DNA of 59,284 nt, counting the filler. It is 2 parts of 2 records of this genome, joined end to end, with 100 filler letters (N's around TTAATTAATTAA, not from the genome) between each part and the next. Parts side by side here need not be neighbours in the genome. Positions count along the whole stretch, not along the records: positions 1 to 31,785 come from SRR20825006_1296; 1 more part is not named here. One strand, written 5' to 3'. Both the position numbers and the translations under genes were made by a program. Position 1 is the stretch's first letter, and the number at the start of each line of letters is the position of its first letter. Positions 19,462 to 28,710 of the stretch are shown piece after piece. Below the pieces are notes generated by a model, which saw nothing but the letters and a program-made list of their open reading frames with translations, searched no databases and had not been told where the DNA came from.

Positions 19462-20202
19462 CTAGCGCACACCGTCCTCGCCTTTTTGTTCCTTTTTATT
19501 CTCATACATAGCTTTGTCAGCCTTATCGAGCGCATCGTCCGGCTGGTCGCCAGACCGGAAGGTATAGGTGCCATAAGCAAGGCTCATGTCGATGGTCTCA
19601 CTGTCTAGCGGAAGAGGGTGGGAGGCGATAAGCTCGGCAAGCGACGCAGCTTTTTCCGCGCCGACATTCTCATCAGCCTGCGCGAGGATCACCCCAAACT
19701 CGTCACCGCCAAGGCGGCCAATCACGTCGGTGCCGCGCACATTCTCAGCCAACAGGCGTGCAACATGAAAAAGCGCCTTGTCGCCCGCTTCATGGCCATA
19801 ACGGTCGTTGATCTGTTTCATGTCATTCAGGTCAATGAACATGAGCGTTGAAGGCGCGCCGTAGCGTTCCGCGAACGAGATCATGCGGTTCAGCTCGCGC
19901 ACAAATGCCCGCCTGTTGGGCACGGGCAGCAAGGCGTCGGTATCTGCCACGTCTTCCATTTCGCGCAGGCGGCGCTGGGTATGATCGAGCTCACGGCGGA
20001 GTTTATCCACCTCTTCCATCAGCGACATGATCGCCCGCTGCACGCGTGGGGTCATCTCCTCGGGTGGAATTGTGCTCACATTTACGGTGTCGTCAATTTG
20101 CCGGGGTGCGCTGGCGCTGGTTGCGCTACTTGTTGATGATGTCCGCCGGACCTCCCGCGTGGGTGCTGTACGTGAAACACCGGGTGTATTGGTAATCTTC
20201 AT
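19462..20202 (-). CDS. Diguanylate cyclase (GGDEF) with intact RxxD I-site
   Basis: [18 protein letters not shown] and [14 protein letters not shown] motifs; coiled coil before the GGDEF domain. Confidence 0.93.
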   Translation of the reverse strand: MKITNTPGVSRTAPTREVRRTSSTSSATSASAPRQIDDTVNVSTIPPEEMTPRVQRAIMSLMEEVDKLRRELDHTQRRLREMEDVADTDALLPVPNRRAFVRELNRMISFAERYGAPSTLMFIDLNDMKQINDRYGHEAGDKALFHVARLLAENVRGTDVIGRLGGDEFGVILAQADENVGAEKAASLAELIASHPLPLDSETIDMSLAYGTYTFRSGDQPDDALDKADKAMYENKKEQKGEDGVR

Positions 20203-20306
20203 AAATAACCTGCGGTCCGTGGCAAATAATACTCTTCTAAAGCATTATGCCGCTATTGGGAATCGACTTGCAAGCTTGGGCTTGAAAATCATCGCCCTAA
20301 CGCCCC

Positions 20307-20334
20307 TTGCAATCACAATCCGCCTGCCTATAAT
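20307..20334 (+). promoter_or_regulatory. Probable sigma70 promoter of purEK
   Basis: TTGCAA-N16-TATAAT about 80 nt before purE. Confidence 0.5.
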
Positions 20335-20416
20335 GCGCGCTCCGCAAGCCGGTGCCGTACTGATTGGCACGAAAGAGTGCCCGGCCCCTTGCATACTCGT
20401 GAGCGTGAGGACAGGC

Positions 20417-20914
20417 ATGACGAGCGAACGTCCCCTTGTTGGTATCATTATGGGTAGCCAGTCTGACTGGCCGACGATGAAACACGCTGCGGAAGCGCTT
20501 GACGGGCTTGGTGTGGCTTACGAGACCAAGATTGTCTCCGCACACCGCACACCAGACAGGCTCGTTGAATATGCGAAATCTGCGAAAGGCCGTGGGCTTA
20601 AATGCATTATCGCGGGCGCAGGCGGTGCTGCACACCTGCCAGGCATGGCAGCGGCGATGACACCTCTGCCGGTTTTTGGCGTACCGGTACAGTCCAGCAT
20701 GCTTTCCGGCAAAGACAGCCTGCTCTCGATTGTACAAATGCCTGGCGGTGTGCCAGTAGGCACGCTGGCGATTGGCAAGGCAGGCGCGAAAAACGCGGGC
20801 CTTCTTGCAGGTGCAGTTATTGCCCTGATGGATGATGCAGTAGCTGCAAAGCTGGATGACTTTCGTGCAGCGCAAACCGAAAGCGTTGCCATCGATCCGG
20901 TGGATGAAAGCTAA
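20417..20914 (+). CDS. purE: N5-carboxyaminoimidazole ribonucleotide mutase
   Basis: [23 protein letters not shown] and SIVQMP motifs. Confidence 0.97.
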   Translation: MTSERPLVGIIMGSQSDWPTMKHAAEALDGLGVAYETKIVSAHRTPDRLVEYAKSAKGRGLKCIIAGAGGAAHLPGMAAAMTPLPVFGVPVQSSMLSGKDSLLSIVQMPGGVPVGTLAIGKAGAKNAGLLAGAVIALMDDAVAAKLDDFRAAQTESVAIDPVDES

Positions 20915-20968
20915 GGCGCGATAGGCGCAAGCTGATAAAGATTTAACACAAAGGCAAAGAGCGTCGAC

Positions 20969-22042
20969 ATGACCCAGATCGCACCCGGCGGTACTATTGG
21001 TATTTTAGGCGGCGGCCAGCTTGGCCGTATGCTCGCGCTCGCGGCGGCCAATTTTGGTTATCGCTGCCATGTCTTTTGTCCAGACAAACGCAGCCCCGCC
21101 TTTCAGGTGGCTCATAAGGTCACCATCGCAGACTATGAAGACGAAGAGGCGCTTGAGGCTTTTTCGCGCGATGTGGACGTGGCCACATACGAGTTTGAAA
21201 ATGTCCCTGCGGTGACGGCGGAACTGGTGGCGCGCGATACGCTGTTGCGCCCCGGAGTGAAAGCGCTCAAGACTACGCAGGACCGTTTGCTTGAGAAAGA
21301 CTTTCTCAACGAATCTGGTGTGAAAACCGCCCCCTATAAAGCGTTTGAGACGGAAGAAGAGCTGAAGCTGGCGATGAAAGAGATTGGCCGTCCGGCTGTC
21401 GCTAAAACCCGGCGGTTTGGCTATGACGGCAAAGGGCAGGTGATGATCAAGTCCCGCGCGGACCTTGACCGTGTGATGGAAGTCACTGGCGGCGCACCCG
21501 CAATCCTTGAAGGTTTTGTGACCTTTGACCGTGAAGTGAGTGTTGTGGTTGCGCGCTCTGCCTCTGGCGACGTCGCGGCATTCCCGGTTTCTGAAAACGT
21601 TCATACCAACCACATCCTTGATACCACGACCGTCCCTGCTGCGATTTCAGAGATGCTGGAAGCCAAAGCCAAAGTGATGGCGACCCGCGTGGCCAATGCG
21701 CTTGAATATGTGGGTGTGATGGCGGTCGAGATGTTCATCAACGACGGTGCAGGCGATATTGTGGTGAACGAGATTGCCCCCCGCGTGCACAATAGCGGGC
21801 ATTGGACAATTGAAGGTGCTCACACCAGCCAGTTTGAACAGCATATCCGCGCGATATGTGACCTGCCACTTGGCGGCACCGACGCCAGAGGCAAGGTGCG
21901 GATGAAAAACCTGCTGGGGACCGAGATTTTGGATTACGAGCCGTATCTGGCTGACCCCAAGGCCTATTTCCACCATTACGGTAAACAGGAACCACGCCCC
22001 GGCCGCAAGATGGGCCATGTAACATGGGTCGAGACAGACTGA
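20969..22042 (+). CDS. purK: N5-carboxyaminoimidazole ribonucleotide synthase
   Basis: GGGQLGRM, YEFENV, GYDGKGQ, NEIAPRVHNSGH and RKMGH motifs. Confidence 0.97.
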   Translation: MTQIAPGGTIGILGGGQLGRMLALAAANFGYRCHVFCPDKRSPAFQVAHKVTIADYEDEEALEAFSRDVDVATYEFENVPAVTAELVARDTLLRPGVKALKTTQDRLLEKDFLNESGVKTAPYKAFETEEELKLAMKEIGRPAVAKTRRFGYDGKGQVMIKSRADLDRVMEVTGGAPAILEGFVTFDREVSVVVARSASGDVAAFPVSENVHTNHILDTTTVPAAISEMLEAKAKVMATRVANALEYVGVMAVEMFINDGAGDIVVNEIAPRVHNSGHWTIEGAHTSQFEQHIRAICDLPLGGTDARGKVRMKNLLGTEILDYEPYLADPKAYFHHYGKQEPRPGRKMGHVTWVETD

Positions 22043-22044
22043 CG

Positions 22045-22068
22045 AAAAAGGAGGCCTTCGCCTCCTTT
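22045..22068. terminator. Bidirectional terminator between purK and the desaturase gene
   Basis: AAAAAGGAGGC-CTTC-GCCTCCTTT. Confidence 0.7.
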
Positions 22069-22071
22069 AAC

Positions 22072-22977
22072 TTATATCTCCCGAAGTTCAGGCCGAGGCG
22101 CTAGTGTCTCAGGTGTCTGGATGTTTGATACCAGCCCCAATCTTTCGAACAGCACTAACACCCACCATCCTGGGTCACTTTGGCCCCTCTCCAGTCCAAT
22201 TTTGGCCGATCCGGGGAAGGCGTGGTGATTATTGTGCCAGCATTCTCCGAAGGTGATGAGACCAGCGAACTTGATGTTGTACCCCTGTACGCCAGCACCA
22301 TCGACGTGCCAGTGACGATGGCCTTGCCGGTGAGCGAAGTGCCCAATTAGCCAATGACCTGTGATGCATGCCGCTACCCGCGCGCAGCCACCCCATAAAA
22401 CCCAGTCTATACCCCCCATGGCATAAAGGAGTATGGCTGGAGGTAGTTGTTGCCACATCCAGGTGCGGTCAATAAAGTGGTAAAATCGATCTCGTTTTAT
22501 GCGATCTTCGATCTTGAGAGTTGGTGGGAAATCGAGTTTCAAGTCGCAGCATAGCTGCCAAAAGGCGTCTTGGAAGAATGGGCGCCTGTGCGCGAAATAG
22601 TCGTGGCACGCGTTTTGGCGCTGGGCCCAGTCGCGTAGATCATGCGTTTGAATCATTCCGTAAGGGCCAGCGAGCCCTACAAGCGTACCAAGATACACCA
22701 TGATATATTCAAGCCACCGCGGACAGTCGAAGCTGTTGTGGATAAGCCGACGGTGCATACCGAGCGAATGACCGAAACACAAAACTCCTGCGGTGGATAC
22801 TAAAAACACAGCGAGGTTCTGCCAGCTGAAATACCAACAGGCCGCGATGATAGTGCCAGCATACATGGCCAGTACCCAAGCTGTCTTGGCTGCGGACCAA
22901 ACAACGTGCCCCGATATAGCTGAAGCCTGTGAGTCCTCTTTGAACCTTGGTTTGTCGATCCCGTTTGACATTGCCAT
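22072..22977 (-). CDS. Membrane fatty-acid (delta9-like acyl-CoA) desaturase family protein
   Basis: His boxes HSLGMHRRLIH and GECWHNNHHAFP; TM segments. Confidence 0.88.
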   Translation of the reverse strand: MAMSNGIDKPRFKEDSQASAISGHVVWSAAKTAWVLAMYAGTIIAACWYFSWQNLAVFLVSTAGVLCFGHSLGMHRRLIHNSFDCPRWLEYIMVYLGTLVGLAGPYGMIQTHDLRDWAQRQNACHDYFAHRRPFFQDAFWQLCCDLKLDFPPTLKIEDRIKRDRFYHFIDRTWMWQQLPPAILLYAMGGIDWVLWGGCARVAACITGHWLIGHFAHRQGHRHWHVDGAGVQGYNIKFAGLITFGECWHNNHHAFPGSAKIGLERGQSDPGWWVLVLFERLGLVSNIQTPETLAPRPELREI

Positions 22978-23025
22978 GATAGATTTCTCCCATTCCCTCT
23001 TGATCCAAATCGCGTGAGATATTAT

Positions 23026-23088
23026 TATTTAGCTAAATAGCTAATTACGAATTATATGAATTTAGATATTTAGTCAATAAGCTAAATA
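23026..23088. promoter_or_regulatory. Two inverted-repeat operators for the adjacent ArsR repressor
   Basis: TATTTAG-N8-CTAATTA (23026-23047) and TATTTAG-N8-CTAAATA (23067-23088) in the AT-rich divergent intergenic region. Confidence 0.7.
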
Positions 23089-23106
23089 ACGAAGCAAGGA
23101 AGTTTT

Positions 23107-23448
23107 ATGGATAAGGTGTTTCAGGCATTGTCCTCCAGTGTTCGCCGGCAGATTTTGGCGTATCTATCGAGTGCAAGTATGACCGCAGGCGAAATTGCGG
23201 ATCGCTTTGATATCAGCAAGCCTTCTCTCTCAAAGCATCTCGCTATTCTCGAAAATGCCGGTCTGGTTTCAAAGGAAAAACAAGGTCAGTATGTTCACTA
23301 CGCTTTGGTGCCAGACAACCTGACGAACACCCTGGCAGGGTTTGTGATGGAAGTGTGTCCAGTGGGGCGGCCCTTGAAAAAAGAAAGTCGAGAGAAGGCC
23401 GCGCGAGACCAGATGGATGCTCCCTTGAAAGCGGACTCCGAAGGCTAG
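23107..23448 (+). CDS. ArsR/SmtB family transcriptional repressor (SdpR-like)
   Basis: VFQALSSSVRRQIL, MTAGEIA.RF.ISKPSLSKHL..LENAGLV and KQGQYV.Y motifs. Confidence 0.92.
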   Translation: MDKVFQALSSSVRRQILAYLSSASMTAGEIADRFDISKPSLSKHLAILENAGLVSKEKQGQYVHYALVPDNLTNTLAGFVMEVCPVGRPLKKESREKAARDQMDAPLKADSEG

Positions 23449-23450
23449 AG

Positions 23451-23480
23451 AAAAAGGGAGGCATGTGCCTCCTTTTCTTT
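23451..23480. terminator. Terminator after the ArsR gene
   Basis: AAAAAGGGAGGCA-TG-TGCCTCCTTTTCTTT. Confidence 0.6.
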
Positions 23481-23534
23481 TGAGGGTCACTGATGGAACT
23501 TGCTTGTTCCTGCTTTTCAGTCGCCGCAACCTGA

Positions 23535-24200
23535 TCAGGCCCGGTGCAGCACCCATGTGGCGTGGTCAGCCTCAGCCCTGAAGCCGTGCTTTTCAGCAAA
23601 GGCATAAACGATCTTGCGCATGGGGTAGCCTTTGGTGCGGCCCCAGTGCCAGTCATCCCCGGTGATCTGGGCGTCAGGCCACAGGGTGTGACACACTTCC
23701 AAGTCATTCGCCTGTTTGTTCGCATCAATATAAATCAGCTCAGGCTCCAGTCCCATATCATTCAGCCCATAAAGTGCGTCTGGCGACAGGCCGCGGACGG
23801 GTACAAAGCGCGCTTCAAAGCCGCGAAGGTTGGCAAGCGCTGTGGGGAAGGGCCCGTGCTGTGCGATATCAGCAGCGAAGCGTTCCTGTACCCTGCGTTC
23901 AGGGTAGGCACGGGTAAGCGCGGGCCTGCCCACATAGCGCGCGCACTGCTCAATAAGGCCGTCGTTCCACGGGTCAATGCCAACTACCTTGAGGTCCGGG
24001 TCAAGCGAAAGCCAGCGTTTTGTGCTCGCGCAGAGGAAACATCCAATCTCAAGCATAACCGCTGGTTTACGCTCAAGGATGATGGCATCCACCAGCTGCC
24101 GCCCACCACCACCCAACGTATAGTCCCACGCCGTGACGCCGGTGGTATCCGGCCAAGGGTGTTTGGCAGCCAAGGTTTCAAATGCGTGGGTCATCGGCAA
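23535..24200 (-). CDS. Class I SAM-dependent methyltransferase (Methyltransf_24-like)
   Basis: MLEIGCFLCAST, VGIDPW, LIYIDANK and ITGDDW motifs. Confidence 0.8.
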   Translation of the reverse strand: MPMTHAFETLAAKHPWPDTTGVTAWDYTLGGGGRQLVDAIILERKPAVMLEIGCFLCASTKRWLSLDPDLKVVGIDPWNDGLIEQCARYVGRPALTRAYPERRVQERFAADIAQHGPFPTALANLRGFEARFVPVRGLSPDALYGLNDMGLEPELIYIDANKQANDLEVCHTLWPDAQITGDDWHWGRTKGYPMRKIVYAFAEKHGFRAEADHATWVLHRA

Positions 24201-24257
24201 TGCAGTCCAGATAGAAAAAGGGCGCGAACTGCCGCCGCGCCCTGATCGTTCAAATCC

Positions 24258-24911
24258 TTAAAGGATCGAGAAGCCTGTGGCAGCCCAGTCTTTATCAAAA
24301 GCTGCGAGGCCGTTTGATGTCAGCGGATGGTTGAAAAGTTTCCGGAGCACATCAATCGGGAACGTCGCAACATCTGCGCCGATACGAGCTGATTCGAGGA
24401 TATGCGTGGGGTGGCGAACAGACGCCACAAGAATCTGCGTATCAAACTGGTAATTGTCATAGATCGTGCGGATATCTTCGATCAGTTCCATGCCGTTGAA
24501 ACCAGCGTCATCATGACGGCCAACAAATGGCGAGATGAAGGTGGCACCTGCTTTTGCAGCCAGAAGCGCCTGGTTTGCGCTGAAACAAAGGGTCACATTC
24601 ACCATGATGCCTTCTGCGCGCAGGGCTTTACATGTTTTAAGCCCTTCGATGGTGAGGGGCACTTTAACCGCGATATTGTCCGCAATTTTCGCGCACTTGA
24701 GGCCTTCCTTGAGCATGGTTTCATGGTCGTGGGCAACAGTTTCAGCCGATACAGGGCCATCAACCTCGCTTGCGATTTCCTTGATCACTTCAAAAAACTC
24801 GCGGCCAGCTTTTTTGATGAGTGAAGGGTTTGTTGTTACGCCGTCGAGAAGGCCGGTGGCGTTTGCTTCGCGGATTTCGTCGATGTTGGCGGTATCGAGG
24901 AAGAATTTCAT
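24258..24911 (-). CDS. tal: Transaldolase / fructose-6-phosphate aldolase family (short type)
   Basis: [26 protein letters not shown] and ISPFVGR motifs; Phe in FISPF favours transaldolase activity. Confidence 0.93.
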   Translation of the reverse strand: MKFFLDTANIDEIREANATGLLDGVTTNPSLIKKAGREFFEVIKEIASEVDGPVSAETVAHDHETMLKEGLKCAKIADNIAVKVPLTIEGLKTCKALRAEGIMVNVTLCFSANQALLAAKAGATFISPFVGRHDDAGFNGMELIEDIRTIYDNYQFDTQILVASVRHPTHILESARIGADVATFPIDVLRKLFNHPLTSNGLAAFDKDWAATGFSIL

Positions 24912-25122
24912 CTTATGCTCCTTGGGCCCCTTTAGGGCGCTGAGTAGTAGGCTTTGGGTGGCCGCAATTGGTTGAGAATGCTCTAGGCCGCACCATAAAA
25001 CGGATTTCCCGGCTTGCCTAATGAATGTTTGCTATCTTTTCAACCCGTGTTTTCTATTGAAACAGGGAGATTGCGAATAGCCTGTGGCTTCCATATGGTG
25101 CGACGGCATATCCTGCAGGACC

Positions 25123-27417
25123 ATGACAATGAAACAACGCACATTTGACCTCGGCGATGTGGCCCCAAAGCCTGAAGCGCCAGAACTGCCGGGCCCGGAC
25201 AGCCTCTCCGCGCCGGAAGGCCCGCGTGCGCGTGTGTTACTGCCGGTGCCGGCGCTTGGTGTGCTTGACTATGGAGTGCCAAGCCATCTGGTGGACCGGA
25301 TTACACCTGGCGCGGTGGTGGAAGTGCCGCTCGCGGGCCGCACGGCCACCGGCGTGGTGTGGGATAGTGCGGCCGATGGTGGCCCAGCAGAGGGCGGCAA
25401 AAAGCTGCCGTATGGCAAGCTGAAGGCGATAGAGGGTATTCTCGACCTGCTGCCTATGCGGCAAGACCTCAGGCGTTTTATTGACTGGGTTTCGGCTTAC
25501 ACACTCTCAGCGCCCGGCCCGGTCCTAAGGATGAGCTTGCCAGCGTCTGCCGCCCTTCAGGCTGTGCCTGTAAAACGGCACTATAGGGCAACGGGCGCGA
25601 GTGTGGACGGTGTGCGCTTGACGGCGGCGCGGGAAGCTGTGCTCAAGGTGTTAGCGGACGGGAAACCGCGGATGGCGCCTGAAGTCGCATCGCTCGCTGG
25701 TGTATCCGACACCGTGGTGCGCAGCCTTGAGAAAACCGGCCTTGTGGAAGGCATGGATATATCTGTTGATCTACCTTATCCGCAGCCGGACGCAAATTTG
25801 GATGGGCCCACCTTGTCTGATGAGCAAGCGGAAGCCGCGCGCGCCATTCGTGACAAAGTCTGGGAAGGTGGTTTTGCCCCTTTCCTTCTCGACGGCATCA
25901 CCGGCTCTGGCAAAACAGAGGTCTATTTTGAAGGGCTGGCGGAGGCCCTGAAGACAAAAGGCGCGCAAGTTTTGGTTCTGGTGCCTGAGATAGCGCTTAC
26001 CAGCCAGTGGCTGGACCGCTTTGAAGCCCGGTTCGGGGTGGTGCCTGTGGTTTGGCACTCGGAAGTGGGGCAGGCCGAGCGCAGAAGGGCGTGGCGCGCG
26101 GTGGCATCTGGCGAAGCCCGTGTGGTTGTGGGCGCACGCTCTGCCTTGTTCCTGCCGTTCAAGCATCTGGCATTCATCACAGTGGACGAGGAACACGACC
26201 CGTCTTTCAAGCAGGAAGAAGGCGTGATGTATCACGCGCGGGACATGGCTATCGTTCGGGCCAAGCTGGCGGAATGCCCCATCGTGCTCGCGAGCGCCAC
26301 ACCCTCGCTTGAGACACTGGTAAATGCGGACGAAGGACGCTTTGAAAAGCTGATCCTTCGCGAACGGCACGGCAATGCTGTGCTGCCCGAAATGCGTGCC
26401 ATTGATATGCGGCATGAACCGCCTGAGGCTGGCACCTGGCTCTCGCCCGTGCTGGTGAGAGAGATTGAAGATACATTGGCGGCGGGCGAGCAGATCATGC
26501 TGTTCCTGAACCGCCGGGGCTATGCACCGCTTACGCTGTGCCGCACGTGCGGCTTCAGGATTGAATGCCCAAGCTGCTCTGCCTGGCTTGTGGAACACCG
26601 TTTCCGGCGCGAGCTGCAATGCCATCACTGCGGCCACGTTGAACCTATCCCTGAAGCATGCCCTGAATGCAAAAGCGAAGACAGCCTTGTAGCCTGTGGG
26701 CCTGGGGTTGAGCGCTTGTTTGAAGAGGTGAGCACAAGATTCCCCGCAGCGCGGACCTCTGTGATGACATCAGACACCATGATGAGCCCAAGCGCGACCG
26801 CTCATATGGTGGGGCAGATCGCGAGCGGCCACCTTGATATCGTTATCGGCACCCAGATTGTGACCAAAGGCTACCACTTCCCCAACCTGACGCTTGTGGG
26901 GGTGGTGGACGCAGACCTTGGCCTAAGGGGTGGTGACCTGCGGGCAGGTGAGCGGACATACCAGCAAATGGTGCAGGTTGCTGGCCGAGCGGGGCGGGCC
27001 GAGAAGCCGGGGCGCGTTTTCCTGCAATCTTATGAGCCGGAGCATCCAGTGGTGCAGGCGCTGCTATCAGGCGATGGTGATGCCTTTATGGCGGCTGAAA
27101 AAGAATCGCGGGCACGGCACCATATGCCGCCTTTTGGCCGACTAGTGGGCCTCATTTTGTCGGGTCAGGATATGAAGGACGTGCTCGACACAGGCCGCAT
27201 GCTGGCAGCAAAAGCACCGATGGAGCACGGTGTTGCGGTTGTTGGACCGGCGCCAGCACCAATGGCAAGGGTGCGAGGGCATCACCGCTTCCGTATGCTG
27301 GTGCACACAAAAAAAGAAGTACGCGTACAGAAGCTGGTTTACGACTGGCTGATGTCAGTGAAGGCTAAAAAAGGCGTGCGCATCAAAGTTGATATCGACC
27401 CCTATAGCTTTATGTAG
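25123..27417 (+). CDS. priA: Primosomal protein N'
   Basis: GITGSGKTEVY, DEEH, SATP, NRRGY, four CxxC pairs and QVAGRAGR. Confidence 0.97.
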   Translation: MTMKQRTFDLGDVAPKPEAPELPGPDSLSAPEGPRARVLLPVPALGVLDYGVPSHLVDRITPGAVVEVPLAGRTATGVVWDSAADGGPAEGGKKLPYGKLKAIEGILDLLPMRQDLRRFIDWVSAYTLSAPGPVLRMSLPASAALQAVPVKRHYRATGASVDGVRLTAAREAVLKVLADGKPRMAPEVASLAGVSDTVVRSLEKTGLVEGMDISVDLPYPQPDANLDGPTLSDEQAEAARAIRDKVWEGGFAPFLLDGITGSGKTEVYFEGLAEALKTKGAQVLVLVPEIALTSQWLDRFEARFGVVPVVWHSEVGQAERRRAWRAVASGEARVVVGARSALFLPFKHLAFITVDEEHDPSFKQEEGVMYHARDMAIVRAKLAECPIVLASATPSLETLVNADEGRFEKLILRERHGNAVLPEMRAIDMRHEPPEAGTWLSPVLVREIEDTLAAGEQIMLFLNRRGYAPLTLCRTCGFRIECPSCSAWLVEHRFRRELQCHHCGHVEPIPEACPECKSEDSLVACGPGVERLFEEVSTRFPAARTSVMTSDTMMSPSATAHMVGQIASGHLDIVIGTQIVTKGYHFPNLTLVGVVDADLGLRGGDLRAGERTYQQMVQVAGRAGRAEKPGRVFLQSYEPEHPVVQALLSGDGDAFMAAEKESRARHHMPPFGRLVGLILSGQDMKDVLDTGRMLAAKAPMEHGVAVVGPAPAPMARVRGHHRFRMLVHTKKEVRVQKLVYDWLMSVKAKKGVRIKVDIDPYSFM

Positions 27418-27481
27418 GGTATCTTTTAACTGCTGCCGTTCTAAGCATGGCAGATGGATGGAAATGGCGGCATAGTTTTAT

Positions 27482-28033
27482 ATGGTCTGGATTATTTGTG
27501 GCCCCAGTTCTGCTGGAAAGAGTACCTACTTCCACAGCGTGGCAAGGAAACCCTTTGATAATAATGAACCCGTGGACCTTCTCTTCCCTTCTGACGTCAA
27601 GTCGGGCCCGGTGGATGGGGTAATACACTATAATATCCTACAAAACCTAAGCGTAGAAAAAGATGAAAGCGGGACCGTTCAGGTGGTGCTGCCTCCATAT
27701 GGGTCATGTCAGTTCTGGACCAAGTTGGTTGAAGATTATGGAAACGATATTAATGCCATAGTATTGGTTTGTAGCCAGAAGGAGCTGCTTAGGCGCGTTG
27801 AAACACGCACGGTCATTGAGCTTTACGCGAAAGACTCGCGTAAGCATCCGGCTTACGATAGCGAATTCTGGGATTTTATATATCGAACCGTCGATATGAC
27901 GAAAGTATACTACAGGTGGCTGACGGAGTTGGAACGCCGAGGTGTGCGGTATCGTTTGATTGATAGCACTAGCGAGGGCTACACCAACATCAAGTCAAAA
28001 ACTGACGCATTTGAGTTGATTGGTGGCGCCTGA
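27482..28033 (+). CDS. Hypothetical P-loop (kinase-like) protein
   Basis: N-terminal IICGPSSAGKST Walker A; AT-richer codon usage than neighbouring genes. Confidence 0.7.
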   Translation: MVWIICGPSSAGKSTYFHSVARKPFDNNEPVDLLFPSDVKSGPVDGVIHYNILQNLSVEKDESGTVQVVLPPYGSCQFWTKLVEDYGNDINAIVLVCSQKELLRRVETRTVIELYAKDSRKHPAYDSEFWDFIYRTVDMTKVYYRWLTELERRGVRYRLIDSTSEGYTNIKSKTDAFELIGGA

Positions 28034-28199
28034 AAAACGGCCTTCCTGTGATGGCGTTTGGTTCTCATATATGAACAAAGTGGGTGTTGGCCTCGTTTTT
28101 TGTGGCTGCGCCAATAACTATGTGCCAACCCGAATGACGGTTTATCTAGCCCGATAACCTGATTCGAGTTGGCGTTATATGGTGAAGCCGCTTTAGCTA

Positions 28200-28544
28200 T
28201 TAGCCTTGGTATTCGGCTTTCAACGCTTCCAGTTCTTCCTGGTGGCGCTGCTTCATTTCCTGCTTTGCGTCAGCATGACGGTCCATCACTTCTTTTTGCT
28301 CTTCAGGGGATTTATCACCCATCTGAGCAATCTCAGAACGCTGTTGGTCCATCAGTTGGTTCCACTCCTGATGCTGGCGGTCTTTCAGTTCACGAAGTTT
28401 TTGAGCAAACTCCTTGTCCTTCGCGACCTGATCCTGAGCAATGCCAGCCAAAGGTGCTGATGCTGTTGCAGAAACAGCGGGTGCCACAAAGCCTGACAAG
28501 GCGATAGTGGCTGCGAGTACAGTCTTTGTCATCATGTGTTTCAT
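28200..28544 (-). CDS. Small secreted alpha-helical (Q/E/K/H/M-rich) protein
   Basis: Sec signal MKHMMTKTVLAATIALSG...; GGGAG RBS; charged helical mature part. Confidence 0.75.
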   Translation of the reverse strand: MKHMMTKTVLAATIALSGFVAPAVSATASAPLAGIAQDQVAKDKEFAQKLRELKDRQHQEWNQLMDQQRSEIAQMGDKSPEEQKEVMDRHADAKQEMKQRHQEELEALKAEYQG

Positions 28545-28710
28545 AGTTCACACTCCCTTGAATTAGCCCCCTTGAGTTAGTTTATGCTGCCGTAAATTGT
28601 AAAAAATAGGGCGGTAAGGTGCCCAAAATGAGAATGCGCCTCATTGTGCGGGCTAGCCTGGGGTGTTAATAGCGGGTAATTGGCAGTAAATGCTTGGTTC
28701 TGGGGGACTT

